64,000 nt of DNA, from positions 2,860-66,859 of the forward strand of contig DATHZQ010000014.1 of the NCBI GenBank assembly GCA_035458525.1, read 5' to 3'. Source of the stretch: Acidimicrobiia bacterium (GTDB lineage: Bacteria > Actinomycetota > Acidimicrobiia > Spongiisociales > UBA5794). The stretch's first letter is position 1; each line of letters opens with the position of its first letter. The notes beneath the pieces were generated by a model. The model worked only from the letters and a program-made list of their open reading frames with translations, was not told the origin of the DNA and did not search any database. A program made the translations under genes and the position numbers. Below, one piece after another: positions 26,612-35,513 of this stretch.

Positions 26612-27007
26612 TCAGCTCGTATCGAGCAGCTCGGCGGCCCGTGATGCGGCTGCGAGGCGTGCATCGGTAGTCACGATGGGGACGCCGAGTCGGTTGGCGA
26701 GCTCGACGTAGAGGGCGTCCACCAGTCTCAGGTTGTGACGGAGCTTCCAAGCGCCGTTGAGCAAGGGGGCGAGAAGGTGACGCTGAAGCGGGGCAGCGGA
26801 TAGACGTTGGACTCGGGGGGTCGCCTGGCGGACAGTCAGCTCTCCGGCGCGCTGCAGGCGGCCTAGGGCGGCCAGGACTTCCGCATCGAAGTGTGCGGGA
26901 ACGTGAAGCTCGTGACCGCGGAGTCGACGCCGCACTGCGGCCGCCACCGGTGACCCGACGAGCAGATCGACCATTGCGGAGGCGTCGATGATCGCCGACT
27001 CAGGCAC
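26612..27007 (-). CDS. vapC: PIN-domain toxin VapC
   Basis: GTG 27007 overlaps the antitoxin stop by 8 nt. The 131-aa sequence runs VPESAIIDASAMVDLLVG...HVPAHFDAEVL...LVDALYVELANRLGVPIVTTDARL, carrying the PIN acidic residues. Confidence 0.8.
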   Translation of the reverse strand: MPESAIIDASAMVDLLVGSPVAAAVRRRLRGHELHVPAHFDAEVLAALGRLQRAGELTVRQATPRVQRLSAAPLQRHLLAPLLNGAWKLRHNLRLVDALYVELANRLGVPIVTTDARLAAASRAAELLDTS

Positions 27008-27224
27008 GTTCGAAGTCGTCCTTTGCGGCGGCCACGGCGTCGACGACGGAGCGGTGGCCAATACCGAGTGGGCGTATGGCCGCCACGTCGTCGAGCCACT
27101 CATCGACTCGACTGGCAGCGAGCGCGCTCCGCAACGCTTCTTGGGTCAGGTTGGAAACATTCAACCCTGCGGCCTTGGCTTCGGCAGCAAGATCGTCGGG
27201 AAGGTAGACGTTCACTCGTGCCAT
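27000..27224 (-). CDS. vapB: Type II antitoxin VapB (ribbon-helix-helix-like)
   Basis: MARVNVYLPDDLAAEAKAAGLNVSNLTQEALRSAL..., ~74 aa, immediately upstream of and overlapping vapC. ATG 27230 is an alternative start. Confidence 0.7.
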   Translation of the reverse strand: MARVNVYLPDDLAAEAKAAGLNVSNLTQEALRSALAASRVDEWLDDVAAIRPLGIGHRSVVDAVAAAKDDFERA

Positions 27225-27230
27225 GCGCAT

Positions 27231-27236
27231 AGGATA
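27231..27236 (-). promoter_or_regulatory. Candidate -10 hexamer TATCCT (TANNNT) for a leaderless vapBC transcript
   Basis: On the minus strand, TATCCT is followed by 6 nt (atgcgc) and then ATG 27224. This is the spacing expected for actinobacterial leaderless mRNAs. The call rests on sequence pattern only. Confidence 0.3.
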
Positions 27237-27460
27237 CACACACAAGCCCAGATCAATGGGTACGCATGCATCCATCGCTCACAGGCCCACACAGCCGAGC
27301 GGCATCACGTGTCCGACGGCGGCGGCCTTCGGTGAAGACGGTCCGTGGCGACATCGCCTTCGCAGCGCTCAGTCGGCGCGAGGAGCGTCGTAGGCGCTCC
27401 CGCGTCCGCCCGGCTCTCCGCGGATCGTCGGGCACGAACGCCACGCCGCGGGAGGTGCGG

Positions 27461-28240
27461 CTAGCGGCCCTGCCAGTTGGGCTTGCGGCCTTCGGCGAAG
27501 GCCTTGGGCCCCTCGAGGGCGTCCTCGCTGGCGAGCATTTCGTCGTAGGCCGCGACGTAGCCGCCCCGGAGCGCGACGAAGGCCTCCGGGATGGCCATGT
27601 CCGCCGTCCTCCGCATGGCCTGCAGTGCCGCGGCGACGGCGAGCGGTGCCGCGGCCGCGATCTCGTGCGCCAGCCCACGCGCCGTCGCCATCAGGTCATC
27701 CGCCGCAACCACCCGGTTGACGAGCCCGAGCTGCGCCGCTTCCGCTGCGCCCACTCTCCGACCCGTCAGGATCAGCTCCTTGGCGACGGCAGGCGGGACG
27801 ATCCGGGGCAACCGGATGACGCCGGCGTCCGGGATCACGCCCACGAAGACCTCGCCGAAGAACATCTCAGCGTGGTCGGCTGCGACCACGAGGTCGGCGG
27901 CGAGGACGAGCTCGAAACCACCGCCCACGGCCATGCCGTTGACAGCAGCGATCACCGGCTTGTCGAGGTGGGGCAACTCGGGGAAGCCGCCGAACCCGCC
28001 GACGCCGTAGTCCGACTCGTAGTCTTCGCCCTCGGCGGCTGCCTTGAGGTCCCAGCCGGCGCTGAAGAAGCGCTCGCCGGCACCCGTCACAATGGCGACC
28101 CGGAGTGCGGCGTCGTCGCGGAACTCGGCGAACACCTCGCCCATCGCCCGGCTCGTTGCGGCGTTGATGGCGTTGGCTTTCGGAACGTCGAGCACCACCT
28201 CCAGCAACGGCGGCTGCTTCGTCACGTGGAGCGGGCTCAT
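27461..28240 (-). CDS. caiD: Crotonase-family carnitinyl-CoA dehydratase-like enzyme
   Basis: ATG 28240 (MSPLHVTKQPPLLEVVLDVPKANAINAATSRAMGEVFAEFRDD..LRVAIVTGAGERFFSAGWDLKAAAEGE...DKPVIAAVNGMAVGGGFEL...SEDALEGPKAFAEGRKPNWQGR). Collinear with E. coli CaiD as I recall it. 259 aa. Confidence 0.8.
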   Translation of the reverse strand: MSPLHVTKQPPLLEVVLDVPKANAINAATSRAMGEVFAEFRDDAALRVAIVTGAGERFFSAGWDLKAAAEGEDYESDYGVGGFGGFPELPHLDKPVIAAVNGMAVGGGFELVLAADLVVAADHAEMFFGEVFVGVIPDAGVIRLPRIVPPAVAKELILTGRRVGAAEAAQLGLVNRVVAADDLMATARGLAHEIAAAAPLAVAAALQAMRRTADMAIPEAFVALRGGYVAAYDEMLASEDALEGPKAFAEGRKPNWQGR

Positions 28241-30201
28241 GCGAGGGTCACCATGGCGTCGACGGCTACTGCCCGGCTGGGTGTCACGATCAGCGGATTG
28301 ATCTCGGCCTCGAGCACGGGTCCATCGTCGCACATCGCCTGCAGCTCGAACACTGCATCGACGGCCGCTTCCAGATCGGGTGGCTCGGGAGCGCGGCAGC
28401 GGGCCACAACGCGCAGCTGCCGCAGAGCGACGTCGATGGCGCTGCGGCCCGCCGGTGCCAGCAAGTGGGTTCGGTCCTCCATGACCTCGACGAGCCGTCC
28501 GCCGGCTCCGAGGGTGATCAGCCAGCCCATGTGATCGACAGCACGCACGCTCACGAGCAGTTCGAGCACGCCATCCTCGATCGTCTCCTCAACCAGGTAG
28601 CGCTCGCCCACCGGCATGGCGGCAATCGTCCGCACGAGTTGCTCGGCATCGTGAATCCCAACCGCCACGGCACCGACGTCCGTCTTGTGATCGATGCCGA
28701 GCACCTTGACCGTGAGCGGAAACGGCAGTGCGGTGGCCGTGGGATCCGACAGCGTCTCGCTGCGGGGAACCGGAATCCCCGCCGATGCGAGGAGCCGCTT
28801 GCTGGCAGCCTCGTCGAGCGTGGCCGCCTCTCTGCCCCGTGTTGCTGGTACCCCGTGGACGCCAACGTCAGCGTTCTCGACGGCGCCGAGTGCTGCGAGA
28901 GCCTCGATCGCCTCTCCGATACCCAGCATCGGCACCAACCCGAAGTCCCGCAGCCGTTCCTGTGCGGCGACCGGCATCGTCTCCGGTAGCGAAGCGACCA
29001 CGAGCCCTGGAATCAACTCGCCGCAGGCGGCGGCGAACGCCCGGCAGGCCGCCCACCATGCATCCGGCACCTCGGTCGCCGGGAAGTCGAGTACCAGCAT
29101 GGATACATCGAACCGACCATTCACGACTGCAGTGAACGTCTGCCGCATGCGATCCTCGTCACCCCACGAGAACGTGTGATAGTCCATCGGATTCGACACG
29201 GCGACGAGCGGCCCGACCGTCTCGGCAATCGCCGCTGCGTGACTCGGCTCGAGCGCGGGCAGGTCGATCCCGGCGTCGTGGCCGAGGTCGGCCACGTGTG
29301 CCGCTTCACCACCCGAGGCGCTGAGCGAGACAATCCGGGGCCGATGGGGAATGCGGCCGGCGAGCTTCAGTGTCTCCAGGAACGCCGGCATCGTGCGAAC
29401 TCGCGCCACTCCGTAGCGGGCGAAGAGTGCCCCGTAGGCCGCGTCGTCGCCCACCAGTGCTCCGGTATGCGAGGCCGTCGCGAGGCTGCCCTTCTCGGAG
29501 GTGCCCATTCGCAAGGCAACGACGGGGATTCCCATCTCCCTCGCACGCAACACCGCATGGCCGAAAGCTCGCGAGTCGGTGATCGACTCGAGTTGCACGC
29601 CAATGGCGGTGATGCGCGGATCGTCGAGCATCGCCTCCATGAGGGCCGGGAGATCGATCTTGGCTTGATTACCCGCCGTGATCAGGAGGCCGATGTCGAG
29701 GCTGCGCCGAGCCATCGTGAGGTTGATGCCGATATTGCCGCTCTGGGTGATGATCGCAACGCCCCGGTCGACCGGCCGCAGGCCGTGGACGTCGGGCCAG
29801 ATCGCCGTCCGGTCGAGAGCGTTGACGTAGCCGTAGCAATTCGGCCCGAGCAGCGGCATGGCACCTGCCGCCACGACCAGCTGATCTTGCAACTCGCGGG
29901 CGCCCGACTCGGCGAATCCCGATGTGTAGACCACGGCGCTGCCGGTGCCGCGGTCCGCCAGGGCGGTGACGACGTCCGGCGTCGCATCACGAGGGACGGC
30001 CACGAAGGCAACGTCGGGCGCCGCAGGCAAGTCATCGGTTGATGCCACGCACCTACGTCCCAGCATCTCGGGCCGGGTTGGATGCACGGGCCACACCTCG
30101 CCGGTGTAGCCGAGGAGGTCGAGCTGTTCGATCACTCGCCCGGCCTCGGTGCCGCCGACGACGGCGACGGACTTCGGCCTGAGGAGCCGATCCAGATTCA
30201 C
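28237..30201 (-). CDS. NDP-forming acyl-CoA synthetase (CoA-binding, succinyl-CoA-synthetase-like flavodoxin and ATP-grasp domains)
   Basis: GTG 30201, 1 nt after the upstream stop (VNLDRLLRPKSVAVVGGTEAGRVIEQL...). Domain order is typical of acetate--CoA ligase (ADP-forming) family proteins. 654 aa. The stop overlaps the caiD-like start (ATGA). Confidence 0.8.
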   Translation of the reverse strand: MNLDRLLRPKSVAVVGGTEAGRVIEQLDLLGYTGEVWPVHPTRPEMLGRRCVASTDDLPAAPDVAFVAVPRDATPDVVTALADRGTGSAVVYTSGFAESGARELQDQLVVAAGAMPLLGPNCYGYVNALDRTAIWPDVHGLRPVDRGVAIITQSGNIGINLTMARRSLDIGLLITAGNQAKIDLPALMEAMLDDPRITAIGVQLESITDSRAFGHAVLRAREMGIPVVALRMGTSEKGSLATASHTGALVGDDAAYGALFARYGVARVRTMPAFLETLKLAGRIPHRPRIVSLSASGGEAAHVADLGHDAGIDLPALEPSHAAAIAETVGPLVAVSNPMDYHTFSWGDEDRMRQTFTAVVNGRFDVSMLVLDFPATEVPDAWWAACRAFAAACGELIPGLVVASLPETMPVAAQERLRDFGLVPMLGIGEAIEALAALGAVENADVGVHGVPATRGREAATLDEAASKRLLASAGIPVPRSETLSDPTATALPFPLTVKVLGIDHKTDVGAVAVGIHDAEQLVRTIAAMPVGERYLVEETIEDGVLELLVSVRAVDHMGWLITLGAGGRLVEVMEDRTHLLAPAGRSAIDVALRQLRVVARCRAPEPPDLEAAVDAVFELQAMCDDGPVLEAEINPLIVTPSRAVAVDAMVTLA

Positions 30202-30202
30202 G

Positions 30203-31363
30203 TCAGCCGCCGCGGGGCCGCAGCATGGCGCGCGAGATGATGTGACGCTGGATCTCGCTCGTGCCGTCCCAGATGCGGTCGACACGGGTGTCACGCCACA
30301 TGCGTTCCAGCGGCAGCTCGGTCATCAGACCCATGCCCCCGAAGATCTGAACCGCCTCGTCGGTCACGAACGTGCACATCTCGGTGGCGAACACCTTGGC
30401 CATGGCGGCGTCGCTGTCGGTCATGGTGCCCTGGTCGTCCTTCCACGCCGCCCGCAGCGTCAGCAGTTCCGCAGCGTCGTACTGGGTTTGCATATCGGCG
30501 AGCTTGAACGACACACCTTGGAACTTGCCGATCTGTTGTCCGAACTGCTCCCGGTTGGCTGCCCAGTCGGTGGCGAGATCGATGGCGCGACGGGCCCGTC
30601 CGAGGCAGATCGCGGCTACCTGGAGTCTGGTGGATCCCAGCCATTCGTTGGCGACATCGAAGCCGCGGTGCACCTCGCCGAGCACGGCGGACTCCGCCAC
30701 GCGGCAGTTCTCGAACGTGAGAATGGCGTTGTGGTAGCCGCGGTTGCTCACGGCGTCGTAGCCTTTCGTCACGGTGAGTCCTGGCGTGTCGAAGTCGACG
30801 AGAAATGCAGTGATCCGCTTCCGCATCCCGCGGCTGGTCTCCTCTTCCCCGGTTGCCGCGAACACGATGACGTAGTCGGCGAGGTCGGCGTGGCTGATGA
30901 AGTGTTTGGTCCCGTTGATGACGAAGTTGCGGCCGTCGGCGTCGGCGCGGCACTTCATCCCCCGGACGTCCGATCCTGCATCCGGTTCGCTCATCGCCAG
31001 GCAGTCGACCCGCTCGCCGCGAATCGTCGGCAGCAGGTAGCGCTCTACCTGTTCCCCGGTACAGGCGTTAAGAATGTTCGACGGTCGGGCCACGATGTAG
31101 TGCAAGGCATAGGACGTGGCGCCGAACTCGCGGTCCACCAGAGTCATGGTCAGCGAATCGAGACCGCCGCCGCCCAGCTCTGCGGGCATGTTGGCGGCGT
31201 AGATGCCGGCCTGCAGCGCCCGGGTGCGGATCTGCTCTACGAGCTCTGGCCGTACCTCGTCGGTGCGCTCGACCTCTTCCTCGTACGGCATCAGCTCCTG
31301 CTCGGTGAAACGCCGCGCCGTGTCGACGATGAGCTTCTGTTCATCGGTCAGGGCAAAGTCCAT
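30203..31363 (-). CDS. Acyl-CoA dehydrogenase (CaiA / gamma-butyrobetainyl-CoA dehydrogenase-like by context)
   Basis: 386-aa ACAD: MDFALTDEQKLIVDTARRF...CLAMSEPDAGSDV...FGQQIGKFQGVSFKLADM...IWDGTSEIQRHIISRAML. The start overlaps the upstream stop by 1 nt (TGATG). Confidence 0.85.
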   Translation of the reverse strand: MDFALTDEQKLIVDTARRFTEQELMPYEEEVERTDEVRPELVEQIRTRALQAGIYAANMPAELGGGGLDSLTMTLVDREFGATSYALHYIVARPSNILNACTGEQVERYLLPTIRGERVDCLAMSEPDAGSDVRGMKCRADADGRNFVINGTKHFISHADLADYVIVFAATGEEETSRGMRKRITAFLVDFDTPGLTVTKGYDAVSNRGYHNAILTFENCRVAESAVLGEVHRGFDVANEWLGSTRLQVAAICLGRARRAIDLATDWAANREQFGQQIGKFQGVSFKLADMQTQYDAAELLTLRAAWKDDQGTMTDSDAAMAKVFATEMCTFVTDEAVQIFGGMGLMTELPLERMWRDTRVDRIWDGTSEIQRHIISRAMLRPRGG

Positions 31364-32823
31364 CAGCGAAATCCCATCGTTGGCGTGGCGGGCGATTCGA
31401 GTCGGGCGTGGGCGGCAACGACCGCCTGCACGGCCTGGCGGACGGCCGGCGGCACCGGCGCCGACCTGCCGGCGGTGGTGTCGACATGAAGGAGCATCTG
31501 CTCGACCGTCGCAAGCCGGCGTTGATCGGCGGCGTGGGTGATCTCGTGGACGAAATGCAGCCGCTTGGCGTCGGCCCCGAGGACGGTCGTGACGAGGTCG
31601 AGCGGGTCATCGACCGAGGCTTCTCCGAGGAACCCGATGTGGGTCTCGACGGTGTAGTACGAGTGCCCGGCGGCCCGGTAGTCCTCGTCGATGCCGAGGT
31701 AGCGGAACAGCTTGTCCGAGGCCCAGCCCGCCGCGAGCAGGTAGGCGCTCTCGGTCATGTGGCCGTTGTAGTCGACCCATTCGGGCTCGACGACGCAGGA
31801 ATAGAGCCGCAACGGAGCTGCGACGCTCGCACCCTCGGCCCACACCGCCGGATCGGCGCCGTGCACTCGGGCTTCGTGGCGGGCCATGACGCGGCCGGCG
31901 CCGATGTCGTGGGCACGTAGCGCCCGCATCACCGAAACGAGGTAGTCGTCGCGGAGGCGCTCCAGCTCCACGATGGAGCGGCCCGCAGCCTGGGTCTCCG
32001 CCCCGGTCGCCATCCGATCGATGAGCTCGGGGGTCAATGGCGGGGCCTCGAGCTTGGTCCACGGCAGCTCCAGCGCCGGCCCGAAGTGCTCGAGCATGTA
32101 GCGCATGCCGCCGTCCCCGCCGGCCAGGTGGAAGGTGAGGTTGGTGCCCATGCCGGCCCAACGCAGCCCCGGTCCATAGGTGACGGCGGCGTCCAGCTCC
32201 TCGGTGGTGGCGATGCCGTCGTTGACGAGATGGAGGATCTCCCGCCACATCGCTTCTTGGAGCCGGTCCGACAGATAGCCCTCGATCTCGTTGCGGACGA
32301 CGAGGGGTTCCATGCCGAGGTCGGCGTAGAAGTCCCGAGCTCGCTGGACGGTGCCGGCCGAGGTGTCCCCGCCGGGCACCACTTCGACGAGGGGCAAGAG
32401 GTATACCGGGTTGAACGGATGGCCGACGACGAATCGCTCCGGGCGCTGCAGAGCCGCTTGCATGTCGGACGGGAGTAAACCGGACGAGCTCGAGGCGATG
32501 ATGACCTCTGGTCGGGCGGCCGCATCGAGCTGGCGGTGCACCGGCGCCTTGATGTCCGGGTTCTCCGGCACGTTCTCCTGGATGAAGTCGCTGGCGGCGG
32601 CGACCGCTGCGGGGGATTCGGCCCACCCGACACGGGTCGGGTCGGCTCCGGGCAACAGGCCGAGCTTGCGTGCAGCCGGCCAGGCCCGTGCGATGCCGGC
32701 CCGGAACCGTGCCTCGGCTCCTTCGGCGACGTCGCTGGCGATGACGGTATGTCCGCGGGCCAGCGCCCGCACCGCCCAGCCGGTGCCGATGACCCCGGTG
32801 CCGATCAGCCCGACGGTCGTCAT
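31363..32823 (-). CDS. lcdH: L-carnitine dehydrogenase (3-hydroxyacyl-CoA dehydrogenase fold) fused to a C-terminal hotdog thioesterase domain
   Basis: ATG 32823 (MTTVGLIGTGVIGTGWAVRALARGH...FVVGHPFNPVYLLPLVEVV...). The C-terminal ~150 aa (LYSCVVEPEWVDYNGHMTESAYLLAAGWASD...YTVETHIGFLGEA) is 4HBT-like. Track ORF 31363..33315 is 5'-extended. Confidence 0.8.
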   Translation of the reverse strand: MTTVGLIGTGVIGTGWAVRALARGHTVIASDVAEGAEARFRAGIARAWPAARKLGLLPGADPTRVGWAESPAAVAAASDFIQENVPENPDIKAPVHRQLDAAARPEVIIASSSSGLLPSDMQAALQRPERFVVGHPFNPVYLLPLVEVVPGGDTSAGTVQRARDFYADLGMEPLVVRNEIEGYLSDRLQEAMWREILHLVNDGIATTEELDAAVTYGPGLRWAGMGTNLTFHLAGGDGGMRYMLEHFGPALELPWTKLEAPPLTPELIDRMATGAETQAAGRSIVELERLRDDYLVSVMRALRAHDIGAGRVMARHEARVHGADPAVWAEGASVAAPLRLYSCVVEPEWVDYNGHMTESAYLLAAGWASDKLFRYLGIDEDYRAAGHSYYTVETHIGFLGEASVDDPLDLVTTVLGADAKRLHFVHEITHAADQRRLATVEQMLLHVDTTAGRSAPVPPAVRQAVQAVVAAHARLESPATPTMGFR

Positions 32824-33428
32824 GCAGGCACCAGCGGCACGTCGAAGAGCAGTCCCCACTCCTGGCGGGCCCACAACCCCACGGTGGCGTGGATCGAGCC
32901 CTGCTTGTTCTCGAACGTGGCTCGGTCGGCGAGGGGTAGCGGCGCCGTGTGCCACACGCCGGGATGCATGTTCACGCCGAACGCACCGTCGGAGTACAAG
33001 GCCACGAAGTCTTCGGGGGCGACGTCGTCGCCGGGCGGGGCGAGCAGGAACACGGTGGGTACTCCGGGGGCGAAGAAGGCCTGGCCGCCGTCGTCGTGGT
33101 AGTTGACCTCGTCCACGAGGAGCCGGCTGTGGTCGATCGCGGTCCGTGTTTCGCTTGCCTCGGTTGGATCGACCCGCCAGCCGAGTAGGTCGCTGCGCCC
33201 CACGGCGTTGTTCCGGGAGAACATCATCTCGCCGCGCCAGAAGATGTCGAACGGCCCTTCGACCGTGTGCCCGTAGCCGCCGCTCGTGACGGGCCGCCGC
33301 CCTGACGGCCGCCACTGCACCTGCTCGATCTCGACCTCGTCGATCGAGCGGAACAGTGTGCCGAGGCCGACCGCCGTCTCCTCGTTCAGCGGTAGCAGCG
33401 GGACCGGGTGGAGGTCAGAAGGCGACAT
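32820..33428 (-). CDS. Ureidoglycolate-lyase-like (cupin-related) family protein, function in this operon unknown
   Basis: ATG 33428 (MSPSDLHPVPLLPLNEETAVGLGTLF...). The segment ...FVALYSDGAFGVNMHPGVWHTAPLPL... resembles the ureidoglycolate lyase family core. The assignment is tentative. Confidence 0.45.
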   Translation of the reverse strand: MSPSDLHPVPLLPLNEETAVGLGTLFRSIDEVEIEQVQWRPSGRRPVTSGGYGHTVEGPFDIFWRGEMMFSRNNAVGRSDLLGWRVDPTEASETRTAIDHSRLLVDEVNYHDDGGQAFFAPGVPTVFLLAPPGDDVAPEDFVALYSDGAFGVNMHPGVWHTAPLPLADRATFENKQGSIHATVGLWARQEWGLLFDVPLVPA

Positions 33429-34344
33429 TCTCGAGGCCCTTGAGGTCGAGGATCTCGCGGGCCTCCTCGGACGTTGCGACTTCGCGCGACAGTTCGTCGA
33501 GGATGCGGACCATCTTCGCCACCTGCTCCTCGTTGGAGTCGGCGAGCCGGCCCTTGCGCAGGTAGATGCCGTCCTCGAGGCCGACCCTGACGTGGCCGCC
33601 GAGCACCGCACCCGCCGTGACCAGATCGAACTGATGGCGGCCGCTGCCGAGGATGGACCACTGGATGTCGTCGCCGAAGAGGCGGTCGGCCACCGTCTTC
33701 ATCGCCACGACGTTTTCGACGTCCGGTCCGATGCCGCCGAGCGTCCCCATGACGAACTGCATGAAGATCGGCGGCTTGACCAGGCCTTGGTCTGCGTAGA
33801 ACGCAAGGGTGTAGAGATGCCCGATGTCGTATGCCTCGAACTCGAATCGGCATCCCGTTTCCTCGGTCAGCTCGGTCAGCATGTACTCGATGTCGGAGAA
33901 GCGGTTGACGAACGGTTCGGTGCGGGTGCTCTCGAGGAACGGCTCCTCCCAGTCGTACTTCCAGCGGCCTTCGTACTTGGGGATCATCTGGAACAGTCCG
34001 TAGTTCATCGTGCCGAGGTTGCAGGTGGCAAGCTCGGGCTTGAGCTGCCTGATGACGTTGAGCCGTTCCTCGATCGTCTGGCCGGTGGCGCCACCGGTCG
34101 TGATCGAGATGACGGCGTCGCACTGATCTTTGATGCCTGCGCAGTACTCGCGGAACAGTCCGACATCTGCGGTGGGGCGGCCGTCGAGCGGATCCCTGGC
34201 GTGGATGTGGATGATGGCGGCGCCCGCCGTGTGAGCCGCCACCGACTGCTCGACGTGATCCTCGACCGTCATCGGGATCTGGTTGTTCATGGTGGGGGTG
34301 TGCGACGCCCCGGTTACCGCGCAGGTGAGGATGACGTTGCTCAT
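33415..34344 (-). CDS. BKACE-family enzyme (beta-keto acid cleavage; dehydrocarnitine cleavage enzyme by context)
   Basis: ATG 34344 (MSNVILTCAVTGASHTPTMNNQIPMTVEDHVEQSVAAHTAGAAIIHIHARD...ITTGGA...LGSGRHQF...GGHVRVGLEDGIY). Classic DUF849/BKACE TIM-barrel motifs. 309 aa. Confidence 0.85.
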   Translation of the reverse strand: MSNVILTCAVTGASHTPTMNNQIPMTVEDHVEQSVAAHTAGAAIIHIHARDPLDGRPTADVGLFREYCAGIKDQCDAVISITTGGATGQTIEERLNVIRQLKPELATCNLGTMNYGLFQMIPKYEGRWKYDWEEPFLESTRTEPFVNRFSDIEYMLTELTEETGCRFEFEAYDIGHLYTLAFYADQGLVKPPIFMQFVMGTLGGIGPDVENVVAMKTVADRLFGDDIQWSILGSGRHQFDLVTAGAVLGGHVRVGLEDGIYLRKGRLADSNEEQVAKMVRILDELSREVATSEEAREILDLKGLENVAF

Positions 34345-35468
34345 GAGAGGCGGAACTCCCCGCCCTTGCGCTCGAGCACGCGCAGCCGGCTCATGAAGTC
34401 GTCTCGCTCCACGTAGGTTCCCTGGAGGTGGCGAGGGCCGGTGTTGGGGTCGAACTCGTTGCGAGCGTGGAGCACGCGACGGTTGTCGAACACCTGGCAA
34501 TCGCCCGGCTCCATCTTGAAGACGTACTCGAGCTCCGGGTCACGCAGGATCATCCCCAACGTGCGCCAAGCCGCATAGAAGGGCTCGATGAGCTCCGGGT
34601 CGAGGTCGATCGCACCCAGCAGGGCACTGTGGAAGCGCACCTCGACGTGCTCGCCGTCGCCGTCGACGACGATCACTCGCTGATGGTTGCGGACGTCGTG
34701 CCCGTCGTCCACGAAAACGTACGGCACTTCGACCGTGGCCAGCAGCTCATGCATCTCGGGATGCTGCGTGCGCAAGCGGCGGGCGGCTTCGAAACCGTCG
34801 ACGAGGATGCTCTCGCCGCCCTCGGCCTCGAACTCGATGCAGTGCAGGAACTGCAGACCGGGCAGGTTGCGCCGGTTGGGGACGTCGGTGTGCGCGTTGA
34901 GCTTCACCGACGTGTAGGCCAGGTTCTCCGGGTCTGGCTTCGAGATGACCTGGAACTCACGCCCGAAGTGGGTTTCCTGGATGAAGGCAATGCGGTTGGC
35001 CAGCTCGACGACGGCACCGACACGAGTCGGCACGTCTTTCACGATGGCGAAGCCGTAGTCGCGAATCATGGTCAACCACCGGCGCAGCCCGTCGTCGCCG
35101 CTATCGATCTCGTCGAGCGAGATCGTCGGCGGCGAGTTGGCGATGTCGGCGATCCACAGGTTGGGGGACTCTCGCCGCTCCGCCCGCCCCACGGGGCCGT
35201 AGCGGTTGGCGCGCAGCCAGCCGGTGCTGAGCGAGGTGCGGTGGCCATCCGGCCAGGTCGCCTCGAGGCGCTCGCCGAGCGTGATCTCCGCGGGCCGCAC
35301 GTCCGGGTCGAGCCGGACGTTGTCGAGCAGCCGTTCCCAGGCGTCGGGATGCTTGCAGTCGGCGCATGCACAGTTGTCGCGCAGCCAGACGTAGTGGAAA
35401 TCGTCGGCAGCTCCGTCTTCCCACGCAACGGTCACCGTCCGCTCGCCTACGTTGGTGATCCTCGCCAC
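34341..35468 (-). CDS. Gamma-butyrobetaine dioxygenase (BBOX; TauD/TfdA Fe(II)/2-oxoglutarate oxygenase with N-terminal Zn/DUF971 domain)
   Basis: GTG 35468. N-terminal part: VTVAWEDGAADDFHYVWLRDNCACADCKHP. Catalytic part includes LNAHTDVPN (HxD) and ...FDNRRVLHARNEF. 375 aa. The stop overlaps the BKACE start (ATGA). Confidence 0.85.
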   Translation of the reverse strand: MARITNVGERTVTVAWEDGAADDFHYVWLRDNCACADCKHPDAWERLLDNVRLDPDVRPAEITLGERLEATWPDGHRTSLSTGWLRANRYGPVGRAERRESPNLWIADIANSPPTISLDEIDSGDDGLRRWLTMIRDYGFAIVKDVPTRVGAVVELANRIAFIQETHFGREFQVISKPDPENLAYTSVKLNAHTDVPNRRNLPGLQFLHCIEFEAEGGESILVDGFEAARRLRTQHPEMHELLATVEVPYVFVDDGHDVRNHQRVIVVDGDGEHVEVRFHSALLGAIDLDPELIEPFYAAWRTLGMILRDPELEYVFKMEPGDCQVFDNRRVLHARNEFDPNTGPRHLQGTYVERDDFMSRLRVLERKGGEFRLS

Positions 35469-35479
35469 GCGTCCTCCCT

Positions 35480-35513
35480 GTTCTGCTGTGCGGAACGTGC
35501 TGTTCTACGGAAC
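35480..35513. promoter_or_regulatory. Two GTTC-N-GAAC type palindromic sites in the BBOX/IclR divergent region (candidate IclR operator)
   Basis: GTTCTGCTGTGCGGAAC (35480-35496) and GTTCTACGGAAC (35502-35513) lie in the 66-nt gap between the divergent starts at 35468 and 35535. Confidence 0.3.
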
